A stretch of 64,000 nt of DNA from the NCBI RefSeq assembly GCF_006345805.1, contig NC_043000.1:147126001-147190000 (forward strand). The letters run 5' to 3'. Below are positions 38,170-50,909 of this stretch, piece after piece. Below the pieces are notes generated by a model. The model ran no database searches, was not told where the DNA came from, and was given only the letters and a program-made list of their open reading frames with translations. The position numbers were made by a program, and so were the translations under genes. The first letter of the stretch is position 1. Each line of letters starts with the position of its first letter. Origin of the DNA: Octopus sinensis (lineage: Eukaryota).

Positions 38170-39790
38170 AGGCAGAGAAATAGAGAGAGAGAAAAACATA
38201 TAGACTTCTCTCCAACAACAATTCAAAAGCTTATCAGAAAACAAACCCAAACACATACAGACCTTAAAAAGACTCGTAAGATTTTGCCTCCACCCTTAAG
38301 ACAGATGAGAGAATATAATGCCTGATAAGCCATCAACCATATATTACATTAAAAGACATACGCAAACATTTAACAGGCCTACAAGATGACTTATTAACCC
38401 TACTAAAACCAAATTAGATAAAATCGGTAAAAATAAATTAGATTCAATCAAAACTCGTATTATGTAAGCCGCTAACTTTCCACTTTGTAATGAAAGTACT
38501 TCAGTCATTAATTGGTTTAACAACATACATGACAAGCATAACTGCAAATTTACAGTTTAGCAATGTGGAATTCTACGCTTCAATAATCTAACCACTCTCA
38601 TAAAAAGTGTTAGTTTTTGATAATATACTCACTACAATTAGCAGCATGGACACCGATGTGGTCATTCACACAAGAAAATCACTTTTCTTTGATGACTTAT
38701 TCTGGATTAAACGTAATAGCACAGAGCTATTCGATAACCCGTGGCTTGCTTTGATGGAGCTGAAATGTGTTACTTAATAGGATTATTAATCTTCGATACT
38801 CTTCGGAAAAATTTAATCAAGTAGATGTAGGACTTAGCAGAAATGACGAATTAATCATATCACATAATAAATACGACCACAAATTAGATAGATTTTGAAA
38901 AGATCTAATTGACGCATTCAAAGACTTTAACCTAAGAATTACCGCCAGTACTAACATCCTAACATCGCAGTAGTTAATTTCTTAGACATAACCCTAAATT
39001 TAAATTCAGGTAAATATAATCCCTACAGAAAACTCTAATGAGACCCTACAGTACATCCACAAATACTCCAACTATAGACTCCAATTATACACACGGTAGT
39101 TTAAAAAGCTTACTAGAAACATTGCTAAACGAATCTATGCCATATGCTTTCATACAGAATCCTGTACCACGCTACAAAATACTACGACAACGCGTTACAT
39201 AGAATACATTTTACAGGCAAAATACATTAGTTTAACAGAATAATGCAACTGCTAACAAAACAAAAAAATATCATTTGGTATAATTCACCATTTCGTAGCG
39301 TTCTATGTTTCTTATAAGCAAACACTTTTCAACAAACTATATGTTCAACAGTTTGAAAGTAAGCTGCAATTGTGATATATTTCCCGCCTCCTTACCATGA
39401 ATAAACAGGAAAAATCTGATACACATAATACTCAAAATTCACCACCACAATGCAATTCTTTTGACACTAATTTTAGCCCACTAAATCTTCAAATCATAAA
39501 AAAAAATTTCATGTGTGTATCTTTAAAATTTTTTAAACCGGATTTAATCAGCATATTTAGTCTTTTACATACGAACATGAAAAAATACACAGCTAAACTG
39601 TCTAACTATCTTTAGAATCTGAAAATCAAAGGTATCGACATTTTGAAGAAACAAGGATCAATCTTTAAAGCCCTGCTCTCATCCATCAAATCATGCAAGC
39701 GCCTTCCCTGTGTATCTGAAAAATACAATACATGAATGCAAACTGCTTAATTTGTTAAACTCTAAGCTTGAATTAGTTTTTGCTTGACCT
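38170..39790 (+). mobile_element. Heavily decayed Penelope-like element of a second lineage (RT and GIY-YIG remnants; Naiad-like by motif, uncertain)
   Basis: Remnants LLTPTKT (RLINPxK-like), SVINWFNNIHDKHNCKF, HTRKSLFFDD, VNFLDITLNLNSGKYNPYRK, and a C-terminal LSNY...CxxxxCVSEK...LNSKLEL. Confidence 0.7.
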
Positions 39791-40043
39791 CAGCAGAGGA
39801 CATAGAACTTACAATTATTTGCTTTGCCAATCGAGTAAATGTTGCAACTCTCAACTACTCAGATTGAAACCCTCAGTCATACACTGATCTGCCAACTGGT
39901 CGAAATTTTATATTCTTATGTATTACTGAAGCTTTCTCATTTTATTTGTCACCAACTGCTTTACTGTATCTTCTTTCATACCATTGAGTCTACACTTGCC
40001 TCCACCACCCCTTTACAGGAAATTCTCACAAAAACTTGTTGAT

Positions 40044-40060
40044 GGCCCTAAAAAAGGGCC
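40044..40060 (-). terminator. Histone 3' stem-loop (one extra loop base)
   Basis: Minus strand AAAG-GGCCCT-TTTTT-AGGGCC-ATCA; the canonical metazoan element has a 6-bp stem and a 4-nt loop. Confidence 0.85.
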
Positions 40061-40128
40061 CTTTAAAAGCTTTTCAAACATAATTTCTTTTTGGTAGCTT
40101 TCTTCGTAGTTGGTTTCTTGATGGGCTT

Positions 40129-40605
40129 CTACATCTTCGTCTTCTTCACTTGCTTCTTGGCGCCAGCCTTTTTGGGTTTGACTATCCTGGATTTAGAGGA
40201 TTTGGCAGACTTTGATGATGCTTTCTTAGGTTTCACTGATTTGTTCTTCTTAGCAGGCTTTTTGCTGACCTTGGCGGGCCTCTTCACCTTTTCTTTCTTG
40301 TCACCTTTGACTTCAGTCTTGCGGAGTTTGAAAGAACCGCTGGCGCCAACACCTTTTGTTTGAGCAAGAGTGCGCTTCAGAACACCTTGTTTCAGAGTAA
40401 GTTTGACGTTACAGTTGATCCGGGGAGTATTGTTTCCAACTTTGTAATTGGCGGCAATGTACTTCATGATAGCAGCTTTAGACGAACTACCTTTTTGATT
40501 CAGGGATTTGATAGCGCTGGCAACCATCTCGCTGTATTTGGGATGGCTACGAGGAGCCTTGAGCTTAGTAGACTTGCTTTTGGCTGGTTTAGTAGAGTCG
40601 CTCAT
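40129..40605 (-). pseudogene. H1: Histone H1, intronless, with a premature TAG; probable orphon pseudogene (158 aa to the stop)
   Basis: MSDSTKPAK...HPKYSEMVASAIKSL...AIMKYIAANYKVG...QTKGVGASGSFKL plus a K/P/A-rich tail; H1-like codons (KPIKKPTTKKATKKK) continue after the TAG at 40129-40131. Confidence 0.9.
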
Positions 40606-40753
40606 GATGATTAAATTGATATCAATAGCAGTAAAATGACTTGTATCAACAACATTAGTATGGGTTCTCACTGTGTACGTCTTATCTTTTATCAATTAGA
40701 CAGCAGTGTCTTATTCTGCCTCCGTTCGTCTTTATTCCACATTCTTACAAGCC

Positions 40754-40908
40754 CCAATATACAGCTAATTGTCAATTTATCTATGCTCATCACAACTTAC
40801 AACGCCAGCCAAGGTTTACGAAAGCATAACATCAAGAAAATTATACACTTATGAGCGTTGACACTGCTTTGTAAAACATTATCAGAATATGTATATATAT
40901 TCCCGCCT
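40754..40908 (-). promoter_or_regulatory. Possible H1 upstream elements: inverted CCAAT (40754-58) and an E2F-like GGCGGGAA (40900-07)
   Basis: Short motifs 150-300 bp upstream of the ATG; each could occur by chance. Confidence 0.3.
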
Positions 40909-41522
40909 TTAGTCTCCTAACGTATTAGAACTTTTAAATAAAGAGGTAGAACTGTGTACGTACATTTATGTCTAATGACGTGTGCATATGTGTATACCTC
41001 TTCGCTATCGCAACTGCTTTATAGCTGAATACCGCACAGTTTTGGGGCAACACTCAATTGAGTTAAGGATGGCTTCGCACTTCGCTCATTATACCGGTTA
41101 CAAGTTGTCATCATTTGAATTACAGTCTTTGTCTCTTTTTTTTCTTTATTCATTACCTCATCTGGATTAAAATTTGCTGACTCAACATGCATTTATGCAC
41201 ATCCATACCGACTACGTCAATCTCCAAAACTTGGGCCATACAGTGGAATAACATACACAGAATACTTATAAAGCATTGTATATATCAGCGCAAGATATGT
41301 TTGTATATATGTATATATGTATACAGTGAGACAGACAGACAAGTAATCAGTTTTGCTTTAAAACAAGTGCATGTTCGTGTAGGGTCTGACTTTCAGACCA
41401 GAACCTTCACAAATATGCATTCGTATACTGTCAAAGGTTTCACATTTAACTTACAAAAATAAATGTGGATACAAAATTGGAGACATGTATGTACATTTAT
41501 GCGTATATGTGCATGCATATAT

Positions 41523-41860
41523 GTTAGTTAGTTACTTTTTTGGCTCAAAATCCCAAAAAGCAAGGCCATGTAGGGGGACATGGAGTTATGTACAGGGTGG
41601 TGTTCATGTAAAGAGTTCAGGTCACTCGTGGTCAAGGGAGACTTTGAACCGAGCGGTCGTCGGCATCTTCAGTATCTCGTCCGGCAGCTTATTCCACGGA
41701 TCCGCAACCCAGACGGAGAAAGCCCCTCTCCTTCGATTGAGATGAAATCGTCGCAGATAGAGCTTTTCGGAATGACCCCGCAGCCGACGCTCTGGAGCAG
41801 GAGTGAAGAACAACTCTTTCGAGAGGTTACACTTTCCGCTTATGATGTTGTGAGCAAGAA
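41523..41860 (-). mobile_element. CR1-group LINE 3' fragment with (TAAC)n tail
   Basis: RRLRGHSEKLYLRRFHLNRRRGAFSVWVADPWNKLP...TARFKVSLD. Confidence 0.85.
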
Positions 41861-42704
41861 TGAGATATATGTGTATTTCGTGTGTATGTAAATATGTGTG
41901 TTTGTCTGTTTTGTAAGAATATGTATATTTTGTAAGAATATGTATATTGCATATCAATATATGGAGGTCTGTACACAGATTAAGTTATGCAAATATGCAT
42001 GTAAATGTTTCTGCGGTCTTCAACGTAGGTACATACTCTTATCGACAATGAAAATAGCACACACTACATCGCCATATACTGATTTGTTAAAGCTTTTGTG
42101 TGTACTGTATGTATGTATTAGTGGTATACTGGCAGTGTTTCATTTCAAAGATATTTTACACTACAGAAAATATCTATAGATTCTTTACTCAATACATTGT
42201 GTTACGACAAATGTACATTTGTATATATGTGTTGTATGAGCAATTAATCCTCTGCATATACGTGTGTATATCTATATATGCATACGTAAGTTTCCTTATG
42301 TTAGAAAGTATACAATACTAAGTTTTCATTCATTTATTTAAATGTGGTTGTATTAGGTTGTTCTTGTGTGTAGGCATGTATATCTATATGTAAAGTACTT
42401 GAGTATACATACTTCATCATTTCATTATATTACATTACTAGGTTTCTAAATCTATACACTGCTGTTATGTAACACGAAAGAGCATTTTCAATACTTTTTA
42501 GAATATACTGTTTATATAAAGCAGCTGTCATCGTTTTTTTAATCACCAGACAGATAAATGCTTTTGTACGAAACTCCAGCCCCTTGAGTAACTCTTATAA
42601 TATTCTAGCTAATGTGTGTGTGAGTGGAGTGGTATGTAAGTATGCACATATTTATATACATATGTGTGTGTGTATGTGTGTGTTGTGCACATGCATACAT
42701 ACAT

Positions 42705-43112
42705 GGTGGTTGTCTACTCCTTATGCAGAGTTTGACCACCTCCTGTACCTACACCTTAGCACCATTATTGCATCTGTTGTGGCTTTTTAAACCAGACAAT
42801 GCTCTGAAAAGAAACCCACATAGATTGCAACTCCGACTTGTACCCCCAAGGGCTGCAGATAAGTTCTGCTCTTTGTGGTGGATCTTAAAATGTATTTTGA
42901 GGCCCCCGTTGAATTTGCAAACCTTCTGGCATGCACTGCATTCAAAGGTGTGCACAGACATATAGGCAGAATAGTTGGTGGAGGTTCGTTTTCCATGCGT
43001 TCGCAGATGAGATTTGAGGCCAGCAAAAGACAAGCATGGTCTGTTACAGACTGTGCACACAAAAAGGTCATTGTTATTCACCTTCTCAATCGTTACATTC
43101 TTCTTTAGATCT
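42705..43112 (-). mobile_element. RTE-type LINE 3' fragment with three tandem zinc-finger motifs, ending in (ATGT)n
   Basis: CTVCNRPCLSFAGLKSHLRTH, CSACQKVCKFNGGLKIHFKIH, CNLCGFLFRALSGLKSHNRC; 3' end ...ACCACC(ATGT)n. The RTE assignment rests on the GLxSH finger type and the tail. Confidence 0.65.
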
Positions 43113-43119
43113 CTTTTGA

Positions 43120-43298
43120 CATACATACATGCATATATACATACATGCATACATACATGCATACATACATACATACATACATACATACATACATACATAC
43201 ATGCATACATACATACATACATACATACATACATACATACATACATACATACATACATACATACATACGTACATACATACATACATACATACATACAT
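43120..43298. repeat. (CATA)n microsatellite
   Basis: Direct reading. Confidence 0.97.
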
Positions 43299-43802
43299 GG
43301 TGGCTACCCCCTCGTTATCGAGTATGGCCATTGCACGAAGCTTAATCAATGTTGTTATCGTGCAATGCCTGTGCAAGAAGATATTTTTTTAAGTGAGAAA
43401 AGGCTGTGCACTGAGTCAATCCCTCTCACTAAGCAACAGCAGCCATAATCCGAAAAGAAGAACAAGTCAACATCATCGGTAACCACTGAGCCGTAGGTTT
43501 TATGTCGGAGTTATCCCAGTTACCTGAGTTGCCTTCTCCTAGAAGGATGCCCTGACAAAGGCTAGGAGTCCTTCACTCCCAATGGTTTAATTGCGCGATG
43601 GGGTATTCAATCCGTTTATTTCTATGTCCCCGCGCATGATACAGCCTTAAGACATTTATTGGATGGCCGTTGATTCTCAAGAGTTCCTCCGCCCTTTGAC
43701 GGGTTTTGTTTTTCATCCCGCAGGGTGACCAATAAACACCCTCCTCACCAAGTGGGGTTGCCGGTTTAGTCGCCGACGACCCGACCATGCAAAGTGACCT
43801 GG
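43299..43802 (-). mobile_element. ~500-bp non-coding RTE-related element embedded in (ATGT)n
   Basis: No ORF; ends GCCACC(ATGT)n like its neighbour; contains a GGAGAAGGCAACTC...AAAACC segment resembling RTE 5' UTRs. Confidence 0.55.
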
Positions 43803-46702
43803 CATACATACATACATACATACATACATACATACATACATACAAACATACATACATACATACATATGTCAGGTCGCTCTTGAGTGCTACTGGTAACCTG
43901 TCGCATTGTCGGGTCGTCGGTGACTAAACTGGCAGCCCCACCTACATACATACATACACACAGTAAAAGTGACAGTCTTGATCTAAAACAATCACTGAAC
44001 CTGCGATTCTTGACATAGCGAGGTCTCACTAAATTGCATCAATGTCACAACAACAATTGATTATATGTTGTTACTCGAGCATAATCCTGTGGCGGTGTAA
44101 AATTTTTGATATATGTATGAGAAAAATTGCATAATACAGCATATAATATACGAACTATTTCTGCGCAAGGGTATATTTTTAGTTTTGCTCTAATATATTT
44201 TAGTGGTTAAAATATCCTCTAAGGTTTTTTTAACCCAAAAATTATTTTAGGCTAAAACTAAATATATATTCTTGTAGAGAAAAATCAATATGTTTAATGA
44301 TAGTTTACTGTACTGATATAAATTCGTTTCACACTTCAATGAATCATCTTAGTTTCAGATCAGAAATAGAATATTTGTATGCAATTGTTTACATATGTTT
44401 GTATTTAAAAAGTAATTGGTGAAAGTGAACAAAGAAAACTCCTCTATTATCTATCTTTTATTATCTACAACCTGAAATCGAATCAGCAAAAATGTAAAGA
44501 AAATCATTTTTAAGCCATTAACGTTTTCAGGTAGAAAATGAAAATATCGGTTTCTTTTTATCAGGAAGAAATGTGCCATAATTTATGAGAAAGGTAATCG
44601 GAAGTTTTGACAGTTATTATTTTCTCAAAGATATAAGCAGATTAAGAAATGAAATGAACTCAACCGGAAGGCTGGAACTACGTCACCAGAGTTTTGTTGT
44701 TGCTCCACGGTTTCCGCCAAAAATTCAAGTATTGATTTTTTCTTAAACACAAAGTCAAGAATGGCACTGTGTAATATTCAATTTTGCTTTCATTTCTTGT
44801 GAAGTGAATTGTCTTGGATCGGGAGTCGAAACCACACCTCAGATTCATAGCTTTATGCAATGTGACACAGGACTCATTCAAATATTACCTATTTGGGTAA
44901 CCTACACATTTACTCCTACATTATAACATAAGAACTGAATTTGGAAGAAGTAAGAAGCAATTTCAGAAAGAATGTAATGGGATAAGATTTATTTCTCTCT
45001 TTCTACATCATATCATTTTACACGAACGTATAGAATTAATTCCATTTCCTTTGCGAAGCCCAGTATCGTTTACGGTCCTTCTTTATATTATGATAACAGC
45101 CAGGAGGCATTTTTACTTCTAACAAAAATTGTAATTTTTACCTTTCTTTTTTTTTTTTTTTTTGGAGAAAACAAAGATTTGGAAAAAGTATTGGAAAAAA
45201 CGAAATTAAATTCCTAAAGAAAAAGAAAACGCATGAAAACGAAGTAGTGGTAATATACTTTGCAATAATGACGAATTTGTAAAAGTTTTATAAGATACTG
45301 GATAGGGAAAATGCCTACTGGCATCTCTTATCTGATTGAAGACCAATTATAAAACATTTTCTGTTGAAATATTACAGAATACTTGTTGTAATTACACTAA
45401 TACCTAAAATGTTACCGAATACTTTACTTAAGTTGTTATATTTTCACAAACAATAAAATGTTGCCGAATGCATCGCCAGGAGTGTTTTATTTACATTTAC
45501 GTAAATAAAATGCTTTGCCCGGAGTGTTATTCAAGGACTAAATGTTTTTGTTTTTTTAACTCGGGCTATTTGCAGGAAATGTTACAGAGTGATACTTCTA
45601 TCATTATATCAACTCTCTATTCAAATATATACCAAGAAAACAGCAGTGTATCATTCGGTCATTATAATTCAGGATAGAAATCAACAAATGTTTTACATAA
45701 TCATGTGTTTTTAGCAGTTAATTTCCAATGTAAATATTTTAACAAATGTATGAACCCGACGATTTTGCTTATAAAAAGGGAACAAAGCAATTCAAAATAA
45801 GAAGAAGAGTTGGGATTTCCACTTTTTACACTATAAGGTTGTCATGAGTTTCTAATAGTGACATAATAGACACACTATCTTCTCTTAGTTCCACGAATAG
45901 TAAAATTGTTGATATCGCAGTAAGAATCGATAAGAAATGGCTCGGATAGATATATATCATTGGTTAAATATTTTTGACGAAAGAAACGTTTTTGATATCA
46001 TAAACAGCCTCTGTGTTTTATAACAGCACTGTCATTAACAGTAATGAAGATAAAAAGACTGCCTTTAATACAAATGTAACAGAGAAGTCAACTTTTAGCC
46101 CCTGCCTAATGTAATAGAGTACAGAGAGGTTTCGATTTCAAGATGACTCTAGTAAAGATATGAATATTTTAGATATATAGTGTTCTTGCAGAAGATGGAT
46201 TCAGGCGCTTTTTTTTTCGGGTTCGTCATTTCACACTGTATTGCATCCTCTTCGCCAGTGTCATGGAGAACTGCTACCTGTTATTGGCAATAAATAACTT
46301 AGCAGTTTAGTTCTCTTGAGGCTTTGCCGTAAAATCTAGATTTCCAATTAACACGTCAGTTCAATTATAACCACGGATGTCGGTGTCTAACTAAACGGAC
46401 GACATAACCTATTATAGAAACAAAGCCGGTGAACTGGAAGAACACCTCAGTGCGTCAGGTAAAATGTTTAGCTGCATTTCTTCCGACTCGTTACGTGCAG
46501 AGTTCAGATACCGCCGAGGTCGATTTTTCCCCCCTTCTATCCTTTCCAGATCGATAAAATAAGAACTAGTCGAGTATTTGGATAGATGTAATCAACTTTC
46601 CCCGCCCCTCAAAATTACTGGCCTTGGGCCAAAATTAGAAGGAATTATTATTATTACAACAAAATTAAAGGATTTAATATTCAGAAACTGAAAGGACATG
46701 AA

Positions 46703-46934
46703 GGCGGCGAGCTGGCAGAACTGTTGGCACGCCGGGCGAAATGCTTAGCAGTATTTCGTCTGCCGTTACGTTCTGAGTTCAAATTCCGCCGAGGTCGACT
46801 TTGCTTTTCATCCTTTCTGGGTCGATAAATTAAGTACCAGTTACACACTGGCGTCGATGTAATCGACTTAATCTCTTTGTCTGTCCTTGTTTTTCCCCTC
46901 TATGTTTAGCCCCATTGTGGGCAATAAATAAATA
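46703..46934 (+). mobile_element. SINE family B with target site duplication AGAAACTGAAAGGACA
   Basis: Direct repeat on both flanks. Confidence 0.94.
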
Positions 46935-46991
46935 AGAAACTGAAAGGACAATTTAACACTGGTTTATACACTTAAATGTCACACTATCCGT

Positions 46992-47330
46992 AGAGGCGCA
47001 CGGCTCGGAGGTTAGAGAGTCGTGCTCACAATCATGAGGTAGTGAGTTCAAGTCCCGGACCTGGCTGTTTATTGTGTTCTTGAGCAAGACGCTTTATTTC
47101 ATGCTGCTCCAGTTCACTCAGCTGTAGAAATTAATTGCGACATCACTGGTTCCAAGCTGTATCACTCTTTGCCGTTCCCATCAGTGGCGTGAAGAGGGGA
47201 GGCCAGTATGCATGGGCGACTGCTGATCTTCCATAAACAACGTTACCCGGACTTGTGCCTCGGAGGGAAACTTTCTAAGTGCAATCCCATGGACATTCAT
47301 ACCGAATGGTGTCTTTGCCCATTACCCTAT
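46992..47330 (+). mobile_element. tRNA-derived SINE family D
   Basis: GAGGCGCACGGCTC...GAGTTCAAGTCCC head and TTGAGCAAGAC core; 3' half shared with 63700-63895. Confidence 0.8.
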
Positions 47331-48419
47331 CCGTGGTTTGAGTCTCAAAGTGGCAAAAAATCAGGAAGAAATTTTCGGTGTAGTTTGTAACATCCAATAT
47401 ATGAACTGCAAAGAAAACTTGATAGAGTAGACGGTGTGATAGATGCTTACGTTATATAGTGCAACGCTTGATTGTAATGTCATGTATAAAGGTACGTTTG
47501 GCAAAAATCGAATGCTTACTTTACTGATTGGGTTTGGGGATAGGTCAGAGACCTATTGTTAAGACATCACTTTGAGCAAAACTGACTTCAAATTTGCCAT
47601 GTCTGTTTGGTCGCCCGAAGTAAAATATATTTCTCCCCGTCATCAGTCACTGCGACGTCCATTTTGTTTTTGGTTTTACATCAGCACAAATATAAAAGTA
47701 TTACATTGAATGTTGTCATACATCAGCTACTTTTCTCTCAGGTTTTCTTTAAAAAAAAAATGGGCTGCCATCGCTGTTTGCTTTCTTCCAGCCCATCCAC
47801 CTTCCCTCTCTCTCTCTCTCTCTCTCTCTTGTCTTGCTTCCATGACCTGTTACTAAGAAGTAAATCTGTTGCTATGACTACTTCTGTTGTCGTTAAAATT
47901 ATTATTATTATTATTGCTAGCACAATCCCTATTTGTCATGACCGCTACTATTATTTTCTATTTAAAAACATTATTTTCGCTTAATGAAGTCATTTCCGTT
48001 TCTTCTATGAAGTGGTTTACGTTTGATGTCATTTTGATTTGAAACATAAGAGAAAAGAAAGAAAATGCCTATTCCTTACTAACGTGTGTGATTCTTGCGC
48101 TGTAAAAATTCGGTATTATGTTCTTTCATGCTGTGAAATTATATCGAAAAGCACACTTGATTTCAGTCATTCTGATAATAATAATGTTTGTTTCTTTCTT
48201 CATTATTTTTTTTCTTTTGTCTTTTTTAGACACTGCACAAGGTTAGTTCTGTAGTGGAAGGATATAATTGACTGAGTAACCACCCGCTTATGTGTGTATG
48301 TGTACATACATACATATGTGTGTATGTACACATACACACATAAGCGGGTGGTTTATATACATATACATACATATGTGTGTATGTATATGTATATATAAAT
48401 ATATATATAACAAAGTGGA

Positions 48420-48578
<159 letters not shown>

Positions 48579-49277
48579 TGTTAGTCAACTCAGGTGCAAT
48601 GAGAAGCAAAGTTTATCGTATAGAGTTTATCTTATTCTTGATTTTGATATTAGTATATTGAGGTATCTAGAAACTACATAACACAAAATAAAGAAAACTT
48701 TAAAAACTAGATGGCATGCCAATTTGTGCTCTGTGTTAGTTGAAACCAACCCAATAAATTGATAACATTTAGTTCTTTGCGAGGAGAGCAGAACTGTTGT
48801 TTCGAGTCAAGCATTTCTTCGGAAACTGAGGCGATAGTCTCTAAGGAGAAATAAAATAAGGAGATGAAATACAAGGGAGAAACAGAGAGAAGAGGGATAA
48901 AATAATACTACAAGTAGGTAAGAACGGTGAAAGAGCGAAGAAGAGGAGATAGAAACGTAAAAAAGCGAGGAATTGCAAGAAAGAATGAAAATCGTGTCAA
49001 TAGTTAATGTCGGCAAATAGTTAAAGGTAAAATTTAAAGAGAAAGACATAAAATTTTAAAAAGAGGAGAGAAAGTGGGTGGAGCAAACGTAGAGTTAATG
49101 TGAAAAGATGAAAGAGAAAAAAGGAACACCCTATGTTATTTCCTCTTAGAAACTGTCACTCTTCATTATCCCAAGAAATGTTTCACCCAGAATACAACAT
49201 ATTCTCCTCCCATCCATGAACATTAACATTATCCATTTTTCACTTAAAATGCCATAAAATCCTTTTCATAACCCTAC

Positions 49278-49770
49278 TCACTCTCTCTCTCTCTCTCTCT
49301 CCCTTTCTTTCTTTCGTTCTCTTTCTTTCTCTCCCTCTTTCTTTCTCTCTCTTTCTCTCTCTTTCTCTCTCTTTTCTCTCTCACTCTTTCTTGCTCTCCC
49401 TCGCTCTCGCTCTCTTTCTTTCTTTCTTTCTCTCTCTTTCTCTCCTTCTTTCTTTCTCTCTCTCTCTCTCTTTCTTTCCCTCTTTCTCCCTCTTTTTCTT
49501 TCTCTCTCTCTTTTCTCTCTCACACTTTCACTCTCTCTTGCTCTCTCTCTCTTTCTCTACTTCTTTCTTTCTCTCTCTCTTTCTTTCCCTCTTTCTCTCT
49601 CTTTTTCTTTCTCTCCCTTTCTCTCACTCTCTTTTCTCTCTCACACTTTCACTCTCTCTTGCTCTCTCTCTTCCTCTCTCTCTTTCTTTCTCTCCCTCTT
49701 TCTTTCTCTCCCTTTCTCTCTCTTTTCTCTCTCTCTCACTCTCTCTTGCTTTCTCTCTCTCTCTATCTGT
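49278..49770. repeat. Polypyrimidine (CT/CTTT)n tract with internal duplications
   Basis: About 490 bp almost free of purines on the plus strand. Confidence 0.95.
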
Positions 49771-50032
49771 CTTCCTGGTAACTTACCGGTCTATCCGTCA
49801 ATCTTACTAGCTGTCTCTCCTGTCGATATAAAGAATAATACTTTAACAAATATGAATTTCCAACATAGGCGAGTCAGCCTAGAGATGAAATTACCTTTGA
49901 TCCCTCGAAGGTGATTGAAATAGAGGCCTATCAAGCAATGGGAAGGATTAAATGCAACTCCCCTCCCATAAAATTTGTGATATTGTTTGTGCCTATAATT
50001 AAAATTACTATGGTGAAGGTAGGGGTGGGGAT

Positions 50033-50180
50033 AAAATGGTGAGAGTGGTGGATTGGGAGTCGGTGAAAGGGAGTACAAAATGGTGAAGGTGGTGGTGTGA
50101 GTGTCGGTAAAAGGGAGGACAAAATTGTGATGGGTTGTTTGAGAGTCGTTGAAGGGGAAGACAAAATGGTGAGGGTAGAA
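50033..50180. repeat. Degenerate ~44-bp minisatellite, about 3.5 units
   Basis: Units start AAAAT(G/T)GTGA at 50033, 50077, 50121 and 50163. Confidence 0.75.
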
Positions 50181-50690
50181 CAATCAGAACTGGTTAAGTG
50201 GGGAAACCATATGGTGACGGTAAAGATATGAGAATAGTTTAAGGAGGGAATAAATTGAAGTTAATGACATTAAAATCTGTGGAGACGAGGATCAAATGGT
50301 TTGCGGTTTTTTGGTCGGGTTTCTTTGTTCCACTTTAAAAGATGGAAAACAGGATTGATTTGTCGTTTGTCCTTCGTCCTAGAAGATTTAACCGTCGACA
50401 ATCTTAGCCTCAAAAACATGCGGACTTGAGCCATCAAACTGTTATCATTAATATTCAAACCTACGAATCGTTACCTATGGAATCGTTACCACACCGGAAA
50501 AAATGCTTAGCAGCATTTCTTCCGACATTACTTCCTGAGTTCAAATGTCGACGGGATCAACTTTGCCTTTCATCGTTCGTCTTTACGTTATAAGTTCGAA
50601 TTCTACCGAGGTCGACTTCACTTCTCGTCTTTTCGGGGTTCAATAAAATAAGTACCTGGTGAGTACTGGAGTCGATGTAATCGACTAGCT

Positions 50691-50909
50691 CAGTGGTTTT
50701 CAACGAGGGTTCCACGGAACCTTAGGGTTCCGCCAGTACAGTGCAAGGGTTCCGCAAGAAGTTACAAAACTGCTAAAATCGACAGTAATTTTTAAGTCTC
50801 CTGTGCAGATATGTGTGCATAAGACTATTAAATTATTGCACAGGGGTTCCTCGAGCCAGTGGAATGTTTCCTTGGGGTTCCGCTCCAGTAAAAAGTTTGA
50901 AAAGCACTA
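50691..50909. mobile_element. hAT-superfamily MITE (219 bp) inserted in an old SINE
   Basis: TIRs CAGTGGTTTTCAA / TTGAAAAGCACTA, 8-bp duplication GACTAGCT (50683-90 and 50910-17), five subterminal GGGTTCC repeats. Confidence 0.93.

Noticed and set aside
43600-43802. HDV-like ribozyme expected in an RTE 5' region
   Set aside because: CCCTCCTCAC resembles the HDV L3 loop, but it is on the opposite strand and tied up in a simple hairpin; I could not build the nested pseudoknot by eye.
44660-46290. Possible isolated exons (AILDFVFKKKSILEFLAETVEQQQ near 44.7 kb; VAVLHDTGEEDAIQCEMTNPKKKRLN near 46.2 kb)
   Set aside because: Weak splice signals, no recognisable homology and no consistent gene model.
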